Origin: an uncultured Clostridia bacterium
Lineage (GTDB): Bacteria > Bacillota > Clostridia > Oscillospirales > CAG-272
Length of the DNA: 64,000 bases
Assembly: GCA_946407735.1 (NCBI GenBank)
Contig: CAMJPL010000001.1
Span: 88,182-152,181 of the forward strand
Direction: 5' to 3'
The notes under the pieces are model-generated. The model saw only the letters and a program-made list of their open reading frames with translations, searched no databases and was not told where the DNA came from. Shown here piece after piece: positions 28,706 to 38,835 of this stretch (position 1 is its first letter; the number at the start of each line of letters is the position of its first letter). The position numbers and the translations under genes were made by a program.

Positions 28706-29806
28706 ATGGCGCTCAGGGAGACGTTTCTCGACGATGACGAAAACGGCGGCTTCGCCGATTTTGAAAACCGGATAGTATCTTCTCAGGAGATCGAGGGCGA
28801 AAACGACGCCGACAAGTCGCTCCGCCCTAAAACGCTCGACGAATACATCGGGCAGGAAAAAGCAAAGCAGAATCTCAAAATATATATAGACGCCGCGAAG
28901 CAGCGCGGCGACACCCTCGACCACGTCCTGCTCTACGGCCCTCCCGGGCTCGGAAAAACGACGCTGTCCGGCATAATCGCCGCCGAGCTCGGCTCGAACA
29001 TACGCATAACGAGCGGCCCGGCGATAGAGAAGGGCGGCGATCTCGCCGCTCTGCTCACGAACCTCGCCGAGAGGGACATACTCTTCATCGACGAGATCCA
29101 CCGCCTCCAGCGGACGGTCGAGGAGATACTCTATCCCGCGATGGAGGACTACGCCCTCGACATAATCATCGGCAAGGGCCCGGCGGCGAGATCGATACGT
29201 CTCGATCTGCCGAAGTTCACGCTGATCGGCGCGACGACAAGGGCGGGGCAGATATCCGCCCCGATGCGCGACCGCTTCGGCGTCATACTCAAGCTCGAGT
29301 ACTACACACCGAACGAGCTTTGTCAGATAATCACACGCTCCGCCGGGATCCTCGAGATACCGATAGACCACGACGGCGCGATGGAGATAGCCTCCCGCTC
29401 GCGCGGCACGCCGCGTATCGCCAACCGCCTGCTCCGCCGCATCCGCGACTTCGCGCAGGTGAAGGGGAGCGGAAAGATCGACACCGAGATAGCCGATTTC
29501 GCGCTGAGGTCGCTTGAGATCGACAAGCTCGGGCTCGACTCGGTCGACAGACGGATGCTGACGTCGATCATCAAGAATTACAACGGCGGTCCGGTCGGCC
29601 TCGATACCGTCGCCGCCACAATCGGCGAGGAAGCCGTCACCATAGAGGACGTCGTCGAGCCGTATCTCATGCAGATCGGGTATCTTTCCCGCACGCCGAG
29701 AGGCAGATGCGCGACGGAAGCCGCGTATGAGCATCTGGGGATGCGCTTCCCGCGCCGCGGCGATCCGCAGGGCGATCAGGTGACGCTGTTCGGGGAGGGC
29801 GAATGA
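28706..29806 (+). CDS. ruvB: Holliday junction branch migration DNA helicase RuvB
   Basis: [53 protein letters not shown]. Confidence 0.98.
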   Translation: MALRETFLDDDENGGFADFENRIVSSQEIEGENDADKSLRPKTLDEYIGQEKAKQNLKIYIDAAKQRGDTLDHVLLYGPPGLGKTTLSGIIAAELGSNIRITSGPAIEKGGDLAALLTNLAERDILFIDEIHRLQRTVEEILYPAMEDYALDIIIGKGPAARSIRLDLPKFTLIGATTRAGQISAPMRDRFGVILKLEYYTPNELCQIITRSAGILEIPIDHDGAMEIASRSRGTPRIANRLLRRIRDFAQVKGSGKIDTEIADFALRSLEIDKLGLDSVDRRMLTSIIKNYNGGPVGLDTVAATIGEEAVTIEDVVEPYLMQIGYLSRTPRGRCATEAAYEHLGMRFPRRGDPQGDQVTLFGEGE

Positions 29807-29807
29807 T

Positions 29808-30695
29808 ATGCTGATCTCCGATAAATGGAGCGACTACGAGCTGATCGACTGCTCGGACGGCGAGCGGCTCGAGAGATGGGGCGATTATATCCTCATACGC
29901 CCCGATCCGCAGGTCGTCTGGAACGATATGCGCGGATCGAAATACTGGAATAAGACCGATGCCGTCTATCACCGCTCCCAGAAGGGCGGCGGAGGATGGG
30001 GCGGCGGCAGGAGCGGCAGAAAGCTCCCCGACGAGTGGGAGATCTCCTACGGCGGACTGAAATTCATCTGCCGCCCGACCGGCTTCAAGCACACCGGGAT
30101 CTTCCCCGAGCAGGCCGTCAACTGGGACTGGGCGGATAAGCTCATCCGCTCCGCCGGACGTGAGATAAGGGTGCTCAATCTGTTCGCCTACACCGGAGCC
30201 GCCACCTGCGCCTGCGCCGCCGCCGGAGCGTCGGTCTGCCATGTCGACGCGTCGAAGGGCATGGTCGGGCAGGCGAAGGCGAATATCGCCCTCTGCGGCC
30301 TTTCCGACCGCCCCGTCCGCTATATCGTCGACGACTGCTTCAAGTTCGTCGAGCGAGAGCTGAGGCGCGGCAGCCGATACGACGCCGTTATAATGGACCC
30401 GCCGTCATACGGGCGGGGACCGGGCGGCGAGCTGTGGAAGCTTGAGGAAAACATCTGCGATTTCATTCTCCGCACCGTCGGGCTGCTGTCCGACACGCCG
30501 CTGTTTTTCCTGATCAACAGCTACACCACCGGGCTGTCGCCGTACGCGACCGGATATATCCTGAATCAGGCCATGAAGGCGCGCGGTTTTTCCGGCGCTC
30601 TCGAATGCGAGGAGCTCGGGCTTCCGGTGACCGAATCCGGGCTATGCCTCCCCTGCGGCGCGAGCGCGAGATGGAGCGCGCCGCCAAAGCCGTGA
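29808..30695 (+). CDS. Class I SAM-dependent (rRNA-type) methyltransferase
   Basis: VLNLFAYTGAATCACAAAGASVCHVDASKGMV...YDAVIMDPPSYGRG. Confidence 0.85.
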   Translation: MLISDKWSDYELIDCSDGERLERWGDYILIRPDPQVVWNDMRGSKYWNKTDAVYHRSQKGGGGWGGGRSGRKLPDEWEISYGGLKFICRPTGFKHTGIFPEQAVNWDWADKLIRSAGREIRVLNLFAYTGAATCACAAAGASVCHVDASKGMVGQAKANIALCGLSDRPVRYIVDDCFKFVERELRRGSRYDAVIMDPPSYGRGPGGELWKLEENICDFILRTVGLLSDTPLFFLINSYTTGLSPYATGYILNQAMKARGFSGALECEELGLPVTESGLCLPCGASARWSAPPKP

Positions 30696-30708
30696 TCCTA
30701 ATTTATAA

Positions 30709-31632
30709 ATGAACAACGAACAGAAAACTCCTTATATAAGCCTCAGGGACGTCTGCTTCTCGTACGATACCGAGAGCGGCGAAAAGAACGAGGTGCTGAA
30801 AAACGTCAGCCTTGACATATACAAAGGCGAATTCATAGCCGTTCTGGGGCGCAACGGCTCCGGCAAGTCGACGCTGGCGAAGCTGCTGAACATGATCCTC
30901 GTGCCCGACAGCGGGACGATAACGATAGGCGGCCACGACATCACCTCCCCGGATATGACCGAGGACGACGTCTATGAGGTGCGCCGTCATATCGGCATGG
31001 TGTTCCAGAATCCCGACAACCAGCTCGTCGCGACGGTCGTCGAGGAGGATATCGCCTTCGGATGCGAGAATCTCGGCGTCGAGCCGTCCGAGATACGACG
31101 CCGCGTCGACGAGGCGCTGGAAACGGTCAACATGACCGCCTTCGCCCGCCACTCGCCTCATCAGCTGTCGGGCGGACAGAAGCAGAGGGTGGCGATCGCC
31201 GGCATCATAGCCATGCTGCCCGACACCATCATCTTCGACGAGTCGACCGCCATGCTCGACCCGCAGGGACGCGACGAGGTCATGCAGACGATAGCCCGCC
31301 TGAACAGGGATATGGGCATAACCGTCATGCACATCACCCACAACATGAACGAGGCCATCATGGCCGACCGCGTGATCGTCATAGCCGACTGCGGAGTCTA
31401 CCTCGACGGGACGCCGAGAGAGGTCTTTTCGAGCGTGGAGCGCCTGCAGAGCGTGGGGCTTGACGTGCCGCAGGTGACGGATCTTATCTACCGACTGAAA
31501 AAGAACGGCGTGAAGGGCCTTGACGACGCCCTCGATCCCGACGAGGCGGCGGCGCAGCTGCTGCCGCTGCTCGCAAAAACCATCCCGGTGAAGGACGCCG
31601 CTTTGGGCGCCCGGAAAATCCCCGTTTCCTGA
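30709..31632 (+). CDS. ecfA1: ECF transporter energy-coupling ATPase 1
   Basis: Walker A GRNGSGKSTLAKLLN, signature LSGGQKQRVAIAG, neighbours ecfA2/ecfT. Confidence 0.92.
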   Translation: MNNEQKTPYISLRDVCFSYDTESGEKNEVLKNVSLDIYKGEFIAVLGRNGSGKSTLAKLLNMILVPDSGTITIGGHDITSPDMTEDDVYEVRRHIGMVFQNPDNQLVATVVEEDIAFGCENLGVEPSEIRRRVDEALETVNMTAFARHSPHQLSGGQKQRVAIAGIIAMLPDTIIFDESTAMLDPQGRDEVMQTIARLNRDMGITVMHITHNMNEAIMADRVIVIADCGVYLDGTPREVFSSVERLQSVGLDVPQVTDLIYRLKKNGVKGLDDALDPDEAAAQLLPLLAKTIPVKDAALGARKIPVS

Positions 31633-31650
31633 GATCATTTCGTGCGATAA

Positions 31651-32511
31651 ATGTCTTCGATAGAATTACAGAACATTAACTACATATACAGCGCCGGAAC
31701 GCCCTTCGAGAAGGCGGCTCTGACCGACGTCAGCGTCACGTTCGGCGGCGGCGTCATCACCGGCCTTATCGGGCATACCGGCTCCGGCAAATCGACGCTG
31801 GTGCAGCTGATGAACGGCCTGATGAAGCCGACGTCCGGCACCGTGCTGCTCGACGGAAAGGATATCTGGGCCGAGCCGAAGAAGATACGTGACGTCAGGT
31901 TCAGGGTCGGGCTCTGCTTCCAGTACCCCGAGTACCAGCTCTTCGAGGAGAGCGTGATGCTCGACATCGCCTACGGCCCGAAGAACATGGGGCTGTCCGA
32001 CGCCGAGGTAAAGCGCCGCGTGGCCGACGCCGTGCGGTTCGTCGGCCTCGATCCGTCGCTCATGCAGAAGAGTCCGTTCGATCTGTCCGGCGGACAGAAG
32101 CGCCGCGTCGCGATCGCCGGGATAATCGCCATGGAGCCGGAGGTGCTGATCCTCGACGAGCCGGCCGCCGGTCTCGACCCGGTGGGGCGCGAGGAGATCT
32201 TCGGCGGGGTAAGAGCCTTCCAGCGCGAGAGGAACAGCACCGTGATCATCGTCAGCCACAGCATGGAGGATATGGCGCGGTACAGCGACGAGCTCGTCGT
32301 GATGGATCACGGAAGGGTGCATATGACGGGCAGGACGTCCGAGATATTCAGGCGCTCCGGGGAGCTTACGAAGGTAGGGCTCGACGTGCCGCAGATAACG
32401 AGGCTGATGAACATACTGAGAAACGCGGGGGCCGAGATACCGGACGACATATTCACCGTCGACCGCGCCGCCGAGGAGCTGACGAAGCTGCTCGCCGAAA
32501 GGAAAGGCTGA
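31651..32511 (+). CDS. ecfA2: ECF transporter energy-coupling ATPase 2
   Basis: IGHTGSGKSTLVQLMNGL, LSGGQKRRVAIAGIIAMEPEVLILDEPAAGLDP. Confidence 0.93.
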   Translation: MSSIELQNINYIYSAGTPFEKAALTDVSVTFGGGVITGLIGHTGSGKSTLVQLMNGLMKPTSGTVLLDGKDIWAEPKKIRDVRFRVGLCFQYPEYQLFEESVMLDIAYGPKNMGLSDAEVKRRVADAVRFVGLDPSLMQKSPFDLSGGQKRRVAIAGIIAMEPEVLILDEPAAGLDPVGREEIFGGVRAFQRERNSTVIIVSHSMEDMARYSDELVVMDHGRVHMTGRTSEIFRRSGELTKVGLDVPQITRLMNILRNAGAEIPDDIFTVDRAAEELTKLLAERKG

Positions 32512-32514
32512 ACA

Positions 32515-33336
32515 ATGCTGAAGGACATAACCATCGGTCAGTACTTTCCCGGCTCGTCTCCGCTCCACAGGGCGGACCCGAGGGTAAAGATAATCCTGAC
32601 GGTCATGTACATCGTCGGGATATTCATGGCGAAGAACGTCTGGAGCTTTGTTTTCGCCGTCGTCTTCACCGCCGCGCTCGTCATAATATCGAGGATCCCG
32701 GCGAAGACGATACTGCGCGGCATGAAACCGCTCATCTACGTGATCGCCTTCACCGCGATCATAAACATCTTCTGGACGAAGGGCGAAAAGCCGCTGGTAG
32801 AGTGGAAATTCATCCATATCTACGCCGAGGGGCTGCAGTTCGCCGCTCTTATGATCGTCCGCATCATAGCCCTCCTCGCCGGAACGGGCGTCGTCCTGAC
32901 GTACACCACGTCCCCGATAGCTCTCACCGACGGCCTCGAGCGCCTGCTCGGCCCGCTCAAGAAGATAAAGATCCCGGTCCATGAGTTCTCGATGATGATG
33001 ACGATAGCGCTTCGCTTCATCCCGACCCTGATCGAGGAGACCGACAAGATAATGAGTGCCCAGAAGGCTCGCGGCGCCAGCTTCGACTCGGGCTCGCTCC
33101 CGCAGAGGGCGAAGGCGCTGATTCCGGTCATGATACCGCTGTTCGTCTCGGCGTTCAGACGCGCCGACGATCTCGCCGTCGCCATGGAATGCCGCTGCTA
33201 CCGCGGCGACGTCGGGCGCACGAGGATGACCGAGCTTCACATGAAGCCGCTCGACTGGATCCTTCTCGCCGCTTTCGCCGCATTTATCGCGGTGACGGTC
33301 GTGATAAACATCTTCGCGCCGGGATTTTCCATATAA
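32515..33336 (+). CDS. ecfT: ECF transporter transmembrane component
   Basis: GQYFPGSSPLHRADPRVKIILTVMYI, AQKARGASFDSG, DDLAVAMECRCYRG. Confidence 0.93.
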   Translation: MLKDITIGQYFPGSSPLHRADPRVKIILTVMYIVGIFMAKNVWSFVFAVVFTAALVIISRIPAKTILRGMKPLIYVIAFTAIINIFWTKGEKPLVEWKFIHIYAEGLQFAALMIVRIIALLAGTGVVLTYTTSPIALTDGLERLLGPLKKIKIPVHEFSMMMTIALRFIPTLIEETDKIMSAQKARGASFDSGSLPQRAKALIPVMIPLFVSAFRRADDLAVAMECRCYRGDVGRTRMTELHMKPLDWILLAAFAAFIAVTVVINIFAPGFSI

Positions 33337-34116
33337 ATGAAGAAGATACTGCTCACCCTCGCCTATGTCGGGACCGGTTTCTCCGGCTGGCAGGTACAGC
33401 CGGCGCAGCCCGAGCTGCGCACCGTGATGGGAACGGTGCAGGACGGTATCGAGGCGGTTTATCATACCCGCCTCCCGGTGACAGGCTGCAGCCGCACCGA
33501 CGCCGGGGTGCACGCCCTCAGGTTCAGATGCGCTTATATGCCGCCTGAGGGGACGCTTATACCGCTCGACCGGCTGCCGCTGGCGCTGAACAGGCAGCTT
33601 CCCGACGACGTCGCCGTCCGTGAGGCTGAGTACGTCCCGGAAAACTTCCATCCGCGCTACGACGCGCTCTGGAAGGAATACAGATATATCTATGAGGACA
33701 CCGTCTCGCGCGATCCTTTCATGCGCGACAGATGCTGGCATGTGCAGCGTCCGCTCGACGCAGGGCGGATGGACGGGGCAGCCGGAGCCTTCGTCGGCAG
33801 GCATGATTTTTCCGGCTTCATGGCGGTCGGCTCGAAGGTGACTGACACCGTAAGGACGGTGTACTCCTGCTCGGTCCGCCGGGAGAACGGCAGCGCGGTG
33901 CTGACCATCCGCGCCGACGGATTTCTGTACAATATGGTCAGGATCATAGCCGGGACGCTGGTCAAGGTGTCGTACGGCGCGATAGACGGCGTAAGGATGC
34001 CGGAGATCATCGCCTCGCGCGACAGGACGAGGGCGGGGCAGACGGCGCCGGCCTGCGGGCTGTATCTGAGCGACGTCGGCTATCTGCCCGGCTACGCGAA
34101 AAAGACAGACGGCTGA
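33337..34116 (+). CDS. truA: tRNA pseudouridine synthase A
   Basis: LAYVGTGFSGWQVQPAQPELRTVMG, GCSRTDAGVHAL. Confidence 0.95.
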   Translation: MKKILLTLAYVGTGFSGWQVQPAQPELRTVMGTVQDGIEAVYHTRLPVTGCSRTDAGVHALRFRCAYMPPEGTLIPLDRLPLALNRQLPDDVAVREAEYVPENFHPRYDALWKEYRYIYEDTVSRDPFMRDRCWHVQRPLDAGRMDGAAGAFVGRHDFSGFMAVGSKVTDTVRTVYSCSVRRENGSAVLTIRADGFLYNMVRIIAGTLVKVSYGAIDGVRMPEIIASRDRTRAGQTAPACGLYLSDVGYLPGYAKKTDG

Positions 34117-34158
34117 CAGGCGGTCCGCCGACGGCTGAATGAAAACAGATGAAGGGAG

Positions 34159-35586
34159 GTGAAGAAGGATATGGCGGAAAAGACCGAGAAGGGACCGGTC
34201 ATACGGATCCCGCGCCCGAGGCGTCTGGCGAGAGGAAGCCAGCGCACCGAATACTACGACAGGATCGCGCTCAGGCTGAGATGGACGAAGTTCACCCTCG
34301 CCGCGGCGATATTCCTGTTCATGATAGGCATGTTCTGGATCTACCGGGGCGAGATAACCGTCGAAAACATGCGGTATCTCGCTCGCTACCTCAATACCGA
34401 CTCGCCGGAATACACCGGTAATTACCGAACCATATACTTCAACCCCTCCAATAAGATACAGATCGGCTCGTACAAGGGCGAGGTCGCGGTCGCCGACGAG
34501 AAATCGGTGACGCTGTACAACATGCTCGGCAACGCGACGCTGTCATATCCGATAAACTGCCGCAATCCCGTCATGCTGACCGGCGACAGATACATGGTCG
34601 TCTACGGTCTCGGCGAGAACACCTTCACCATCAACAACGCGATATCGAGGCTTTACAGCGAGACGCTCGATTACCCGATATGGGGAGCCTCGCTCTCGGC
34701 GGACGGTATGCTCGCCGTCACGACGAACACGATGGAATACCGCTCTGCCGTCATGATATACGACCGGAGCTTCAAAAAGGTGGCGGCGATATATAAGGAC
34801 AAGCTCGTCATGGACACCGTCTTCCGCTCGGACGAGCTCGCGCTGATGCTTTCGGTCTACAACGAGGGCGGCGAGTTCATGAGCGAGATCATGGTCTTCA
34901 ATCCGTACGACGAGACCCCGAAGAAGCTGATAACGCTCGAGGGCGAGATGGCGATGAAAGCCGCCTGGCTCGACGGCGGCGGCTTCGCCGTGCTCTGCGA
35001 CGACGCTCTGATATTCTTCAACCAGGGCTACGACAGGATATCGACGGTCAGCTTCGACGACAGAGTTCCCGAGCGGTGCGGCCTGTCCGAGAGAGGCGCC
35101 GAGCTCGTCTTCTCCCAGAACATAATCGGCAGCGGCGAGAGGATAGATATCTACGATACCCGCGGCGAGATGCTCTGGTCGCTCCAGACCGAGGGCCAGA
35201 TACTCGACATAAAGTCGGACTACGATTACGTCTACGTCCTTTTCGACTCGGCGATAGCGAGGATATCGGTCGCCGACGGCACCATGACCCGCGCGCTTAT
35301 CGAGAGCGGCGGCAAGAGCCTTATCCGGAAGGACCAGCTGACGCTGATCGTCGCCTACACGCAGTCGGTGCAGATGCTCCGCACCGAGGAGCTTTTCCCG
35401 GAGGCGAATTCCATCGCCGCCGGCAACACGTCGGCCGACGCCGGATATACGCCGCCGGAAAGAACCGAAACGACGGAAGCGCCTGCGGCCGAGCCCGAGA
35501 CGTCACCTCTGCCCGAGACGACGGCGGAGCTCTACGAGACGGGAAGCGACGAAAACATGCTGAATGACACCGGGGAGGCCGGATGA
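34159..35586 (+). CDS. DUF5711-like membrane-anchored protein
   Basis: 475 aa, one N-terminal TM then propeller-like repeats; conserved neighbourhood with cvpA-like gene. Confidence 0.55.
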   Translation: MKKDMAEKTEKGPVIRIPRPRRLARGSQRTEYYDRIALRLRWTKFTLAAAIFLFMIGMFWIYRGEITVENMRYLARYLNTDSPEYTGNYRTIYFNPSNKIQIGSYKGEVAVADEKSVTLYNMLGNATLSYPINCRNPVMLTGDRYMVVYGLGENTFTINNAISRLYSETLDYPIWGASLSADGMLAVTTNTMEYRSAVMIYDRSFKKVAAIYKDKLVMDTVFRSDELALMLSVYNEGGEFMSEIMVFNPYDETPKKLITLEGEMAMKAAWLDGGGFAVLCDDALIFFNQGYDRISTVSFDDRVPERCGLSERGAELVFSQNIIGSGERIDIYDTRGEMLWSLQTEGQILDIKSDYDYVYVLFDSAIARISVADGTMTRALIESGGKSLIRKDQLTLIVAYTQSVQMLRTEELFPEANSIAAGNTSADAGYTPPERTETTEAPAAEPETSPLPETTAELYETGSDENMLNDTGEAG

Positions 35587-36341
35587 TGGAAAATTTTGAC
35601 GTAAGCTCGCTTGAGCTCAGCGGCTTCAACATGAGCGGCGCGATCATTGACATAATCATCGCCGTCGTCATAATATTCAGCGCGATATACGGCTATTTCA
35701 GGGGATTCATACGCTCGGCGCTCGGGATAATCACCTTCGCCGTGTCGTTCGTCTGCGCCTTTGTGTTCACCCCGTTCGTCTACCCGATCATCTATGACGG
35801 CTTCATGCTGAGGATAGTGAGCGGCGCGGCTCGAAAGGCGCTCGAGCTCGCCGGGATCGGCAGCGTCGATGTCGGCGCGGCGGCAGCGGAGATGTCTCCG
35901 GCTCTGAGCGATATACTGTCGAGATTCGGCATAAACATATCCGCCGTCGGAAACAGCGGGATCGTGACGGCTTCCGAGATGGCGGACGGAATCGCCGGTC
36001 CGGCGGCATCGGTCCTCTCAAAGGCGGCGGCGTATCTCGGGATATTCTTTATTACGGCGCTTCTGCTCCATATCATCGGGATCCTCATCGAAAAGGCGAT
36101 GAAGCTCACCGGCATGAGCGGAGTGAACCGCTTTTTCGGCGGAGTTCTCGGAGTCGTATGCGGGGTGTTCTACGCCCTTGTCATCACCGCCGTTCTGCGC
36201 GGCGCCTGGCCGTCGCTCTGCGCCGCCTGGCCGGATATCTTCCCGCGGGACGCGCTCAGCGGATCGCTGCTTATATCGCTCGGTGAGAAGATCAGCTTCG
36301 GCCTTATCGCCGAAAGGATCCTGCGCTTCACCGAAAGCTGA
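35583..36341 (+). CDS. CvpA-family membrane protein
   Basis: DIIIAVVIIFSAIYGYFRGFIRSALGIITFAVSFVCAFVF. Confidence 0.75.
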   Translation: MMENFDVSSLELSGFNMSGAIIDIIIAVVIIFSAIYGYFRGFIRSALGIITFAVSFVCAFVFTPFVYPIIYDGFMLRIVSGAARKALELAGIGSVDVGAAAAEMSPALSDILSRFGINISAVGNSGIVTASEMADGIAGPAASVLSKAAAYLGIFFITALLLHIIGILIEKAMKLTGMSGVNRFFGGVLGVVCGVFYALVITAVLRGAWPSLCAAWPDIFPRDALSGSLLISLGEKISFGLIAERILRFTES

Positions 36342-36371
36342 TTTGTATTTGGAAGGTCATATTTGCTAAAG

Positions 36372-38675
36372 ATGGAAATGTGCTCAAGATGCCACAAGAG
36401 AGTGGCGGTCGTTTATATATCGCATATCGAGAACGGAAAGACCACGAGCGAGGGCATCTGCCTGAAATGCGCCAAGGAGATCGGCATAACCTCGGTCGGC
36501 GACATCATGAAAAAGATGGGTATCTCCGATGAGGACCTCGACAAGGTCGACGACGAGATGACCGAGATGTTCGGGCAGATGGAGGACGGCGCCGAGACGG
36601 GTATCGCTCCCGCCGACGGCGATATCGAGGAGGGCAGGGCCCCGACGATAGATTTCCAGCGCCTGTTCGGCATGCCCGACCGCTCCCAGCCGCCGCAGCC
36701 TCAGCGCGGAAGGGATCAGAAGAAGGAAAAGGACCGGCCGAAGAGAAAATATATCGACCAGTACTGCCAGTCCCTCAACCGCAAGGCCATGGACGGACGT
36801 CTCGACACTATCGTCGGGCGCGCGAAGGAGCTTGACCGCGTGATCCAGATCCTCTGCCGACGTCAGAAGAACAATCCCTGTCTCATCGGAGAGCCGGGAG
36901 TCGGAAAGACGGCTATCGCGGAGGCGCTTGCCGAGCGGATCGTCGCCGGAAAGGTTCCGTATAAGCTGAAGGATAAGGAGGTCTGCCTCGTCGATCTCAC
37001 CGCCATCGTCGCCGGGACGCAGTTCCGCGGACAGTTCGAGAGCCGCATGAAGGGGCTTATCGAGGAGACGAAGGCGCTCGGGAACATCATACTCGTCATC
37101 GACGAGGTGCATTCCATCGTCGGAGCCGGAGACGCCGAGGGCAGCATGAACGCGGCGAACATCCTGAAGCCGGCGCTGTCGAGAGGCGAGATACAGGTGA
37201 TCGGCGCCACGACACTGAACGAGTACCGCAAGTACATCGAAAAGGATCAGGCTCTCGAGAGGCGATTCCAGCCTGTCATCATCGAGGAGCCGTCGATCGC
37301 CGATTCCGTCGAGATACTCAAGGGTATAAAGAGCTATTACGAGAAGTTCCACGGCATCATCATCCCGGACGACACGCTTTACCGCTGCGTCACTCTGTCC
37401 GAAAGATACATAACCGACCGCTATCTGCCGGACAAGGCCATCGACCTGCTTGACGAGGCGGCGTCGTACAAGTCGCTCCATACTCCCGCCGTTGCGCGGA
37501 AATACGAGCTCGACGCCGAGCTTGAAAAGCTCTCAAAGGAGCAGATGGACCTCGAGTCCTCGGACGAGACCGATCAGGAAAAGCAGCAGGCGAAATACCA
37601 GCGCCTCGCCGACATAAAGGTCGCGACGATCAACGCTCAGAACGAGCTGAAATCTCTCCAGCCGCAGCTCGACGCCGCCCGTCTGACGACGGAGGATCTC
37701 GCCAACGTAATTGAGATATGGACCGGTGTTCCGGCGTCCAATATCACGGAGCATGAGTTCGAGAGGATAGACCGTCTCGGTGAAAGGCTGAAAAACCACA
37801 TCATCGGTCAGGACGCCGCCGTCGACGCGGTCGTCAGGGCGATAAAGCGCAGCCGCGCCGGAGTGGCGTACAAGCGCAAGCCGGTATCGTTCATCTTCGC
37901 CGGACCGACCGGCGTCGGCAAGACCGAGCTCGTGAAGCAGCTGGCGCTCGACCTCTTCGATTCGCCTGAGACGCTGATAAGGCTCGACATGTCGGAGTTC
38001 ATGGAAAAATTCAGCGTGTCGCGCATCATCGGAGCGCCTCCCGGATACGTCGGCTACGACGAGGCGGGACAGCTGACCGAGAAGATACGCCGCAAGCCGT
38101 ATTCGGTGGTGCTGTTCGACGAGATTGAGAAGGCGCATCCTGACGTGCTGAACATCCTTCTGCAGATACTCGACGACGGAAGGATCACCGACAGTCAGGG
38201 AAGAACGGTGAATTTCGAGAATACCGTCATCGTCATGACGACGAACGCCGGATCGGTCAACATCTCCAACCGCGCCGGCTTCGGCGAGGGCGGGGCGGCG
38301 AAGGAGTCGGAGGACCGCACGATGAAGGCGCTCTCCGAGTTCCTGCGGCCTGAGTTCATCAACCGCGTAGACGAGATCATCACCTTCCGCCAGCTCGACG
38401 AGAATGATTTCTCGGCGATCGCCGGAATAATGCTCGGCGAGCTAAAGACGACGCTCGGCGAGAAGGGGATATACTTCCGCTGGACGGACGCCGCCGAAAA
38501 GGCGATAGCGAAGGCCTCGTTCTCAACGAAGTTCGGCGCACGCAATATGCGCCGCTACATTCAGACGCATGTCGAGGATCAGGCGGCGAACATCATTATC
38601 GACGCGAAGGGCGCCCCGATAGCCGGGATCGCCGTCGACGCCGGAGAAGGCGGCCTCATCGTAAAGAGCGTCTGA
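36372..38675 (+). CDS. clpE: Clp-family AAA+ ATPase with N-terminal zinc finger (ClpE-like)
   Basis: CSRCHKRVAVVY...CLKCAKEIG; GEPGVGKTAIAEALAERIV; FAGPTGVGKTELVKQLA; RPEFINRVDEI; track start 36363 is TTG. Confidence 0.82.
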   Translation: MEMCSRCHKRVAVVYISHIENGKTTSEGICLKCAKEIGITSVGDIMKKMGISDEDLDKVDDEMTEMFGQMEDGAETGIAPADGDIEEGRAPTIDFQRLFGMPDRSQPPQPQRGRDQKKEKDRPKRKYIDQYCQSLNRKAMDGRLDTIVGRAKELDRVIQILCRRQKNNPCLIGEPGVGKTAIAEALAERIVAGKVPYKLKDKEVCLVDLTAIVAGTQFRGQFESRMKGLIEETKALGNIILVIDEVHSIVGAGDAEGSMNAANILKPALSRGEIQVIGATTLNEYRKYIEKDQALERRFQPVIIEEPSIADSVEILKGIKSYYEKFHGIIIPDDTLYRCVTLSERYITDRYLPDKAIDLLDEAASYKSLHTPAVARKYELDAELEKLSKEQMDLESSDETDQEKQQAKYQRLADIKVATINAQNELKSLQPQLDAARLTTEDLANVIEIWTGVPASNITEHEFERIDRLGERLKNHIIGQDAAVDAVVRAIKRSRAGVAYKRKPVSFIFAGPTGVGKTELVKQLALDLFDSPETLIRLDMSEFMEKFSVSRIIGAPPGYVGYDEAGQLTEKIRRKPYSVVLFDEIEKAHPDVLNILLQILDDGRITDSQGRTVNFENTVIVMTTNAGSVNISNRAGFGEGGAAKESEDRTMKALSEFLRPEFINRVDEIITFRQLDENDFSAIAGIMLGELKTTLGEKGIYFRWTDAAEKAIAKASFSTKFGARNMRRYIQTHVEDQAANIIIDAKGAPIAGIAVDAGEGGLIVKSV

Positions 38676-38735
38676 CGCGGCGGACATGCCTATAAAATAT
38701 TCGGAATAAAGCGCTGCTGATCTTTTCTTGAGCAG

Positions 38736-38810
38736 AAACAGTCTTTATTGAAAAGAGGTGCTCCGGGGGAGGAAAACCTCTTTCTTCAGAAAGAGGAATT
38801 CCTCCACCGG
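38736..38810 (+). repeat. Palindromic intergenic repeat, copy D (more degenerate)
   Basis: CAGTCTTTATTGAAAAGAGGTGCTCCGGGGGAGGAAAACCTCTTTC-ttc-AGAAAGAGGAATTCCTCCACCGG. Confidence 0.7.
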
Positions 38811-38835
38811 CATTATAATCTGTCAATTCAGTTTT

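Noticed and set aside
30709-33336. Possible novel ECF transporter system
   Set aside because: Standard ecfA1-ecfA2-ecfT-truA arrangement shared by many Firmicutes; S components are normally encoded elsewhere.
31666-33804. 712-aa minus-strand ORF
   Set aside because: Mirror ORF fully antisense to ecfA2/ecfT/truA in GC-rich DNA; low-complexity His/Arg-rich translation with no recognisable domain.
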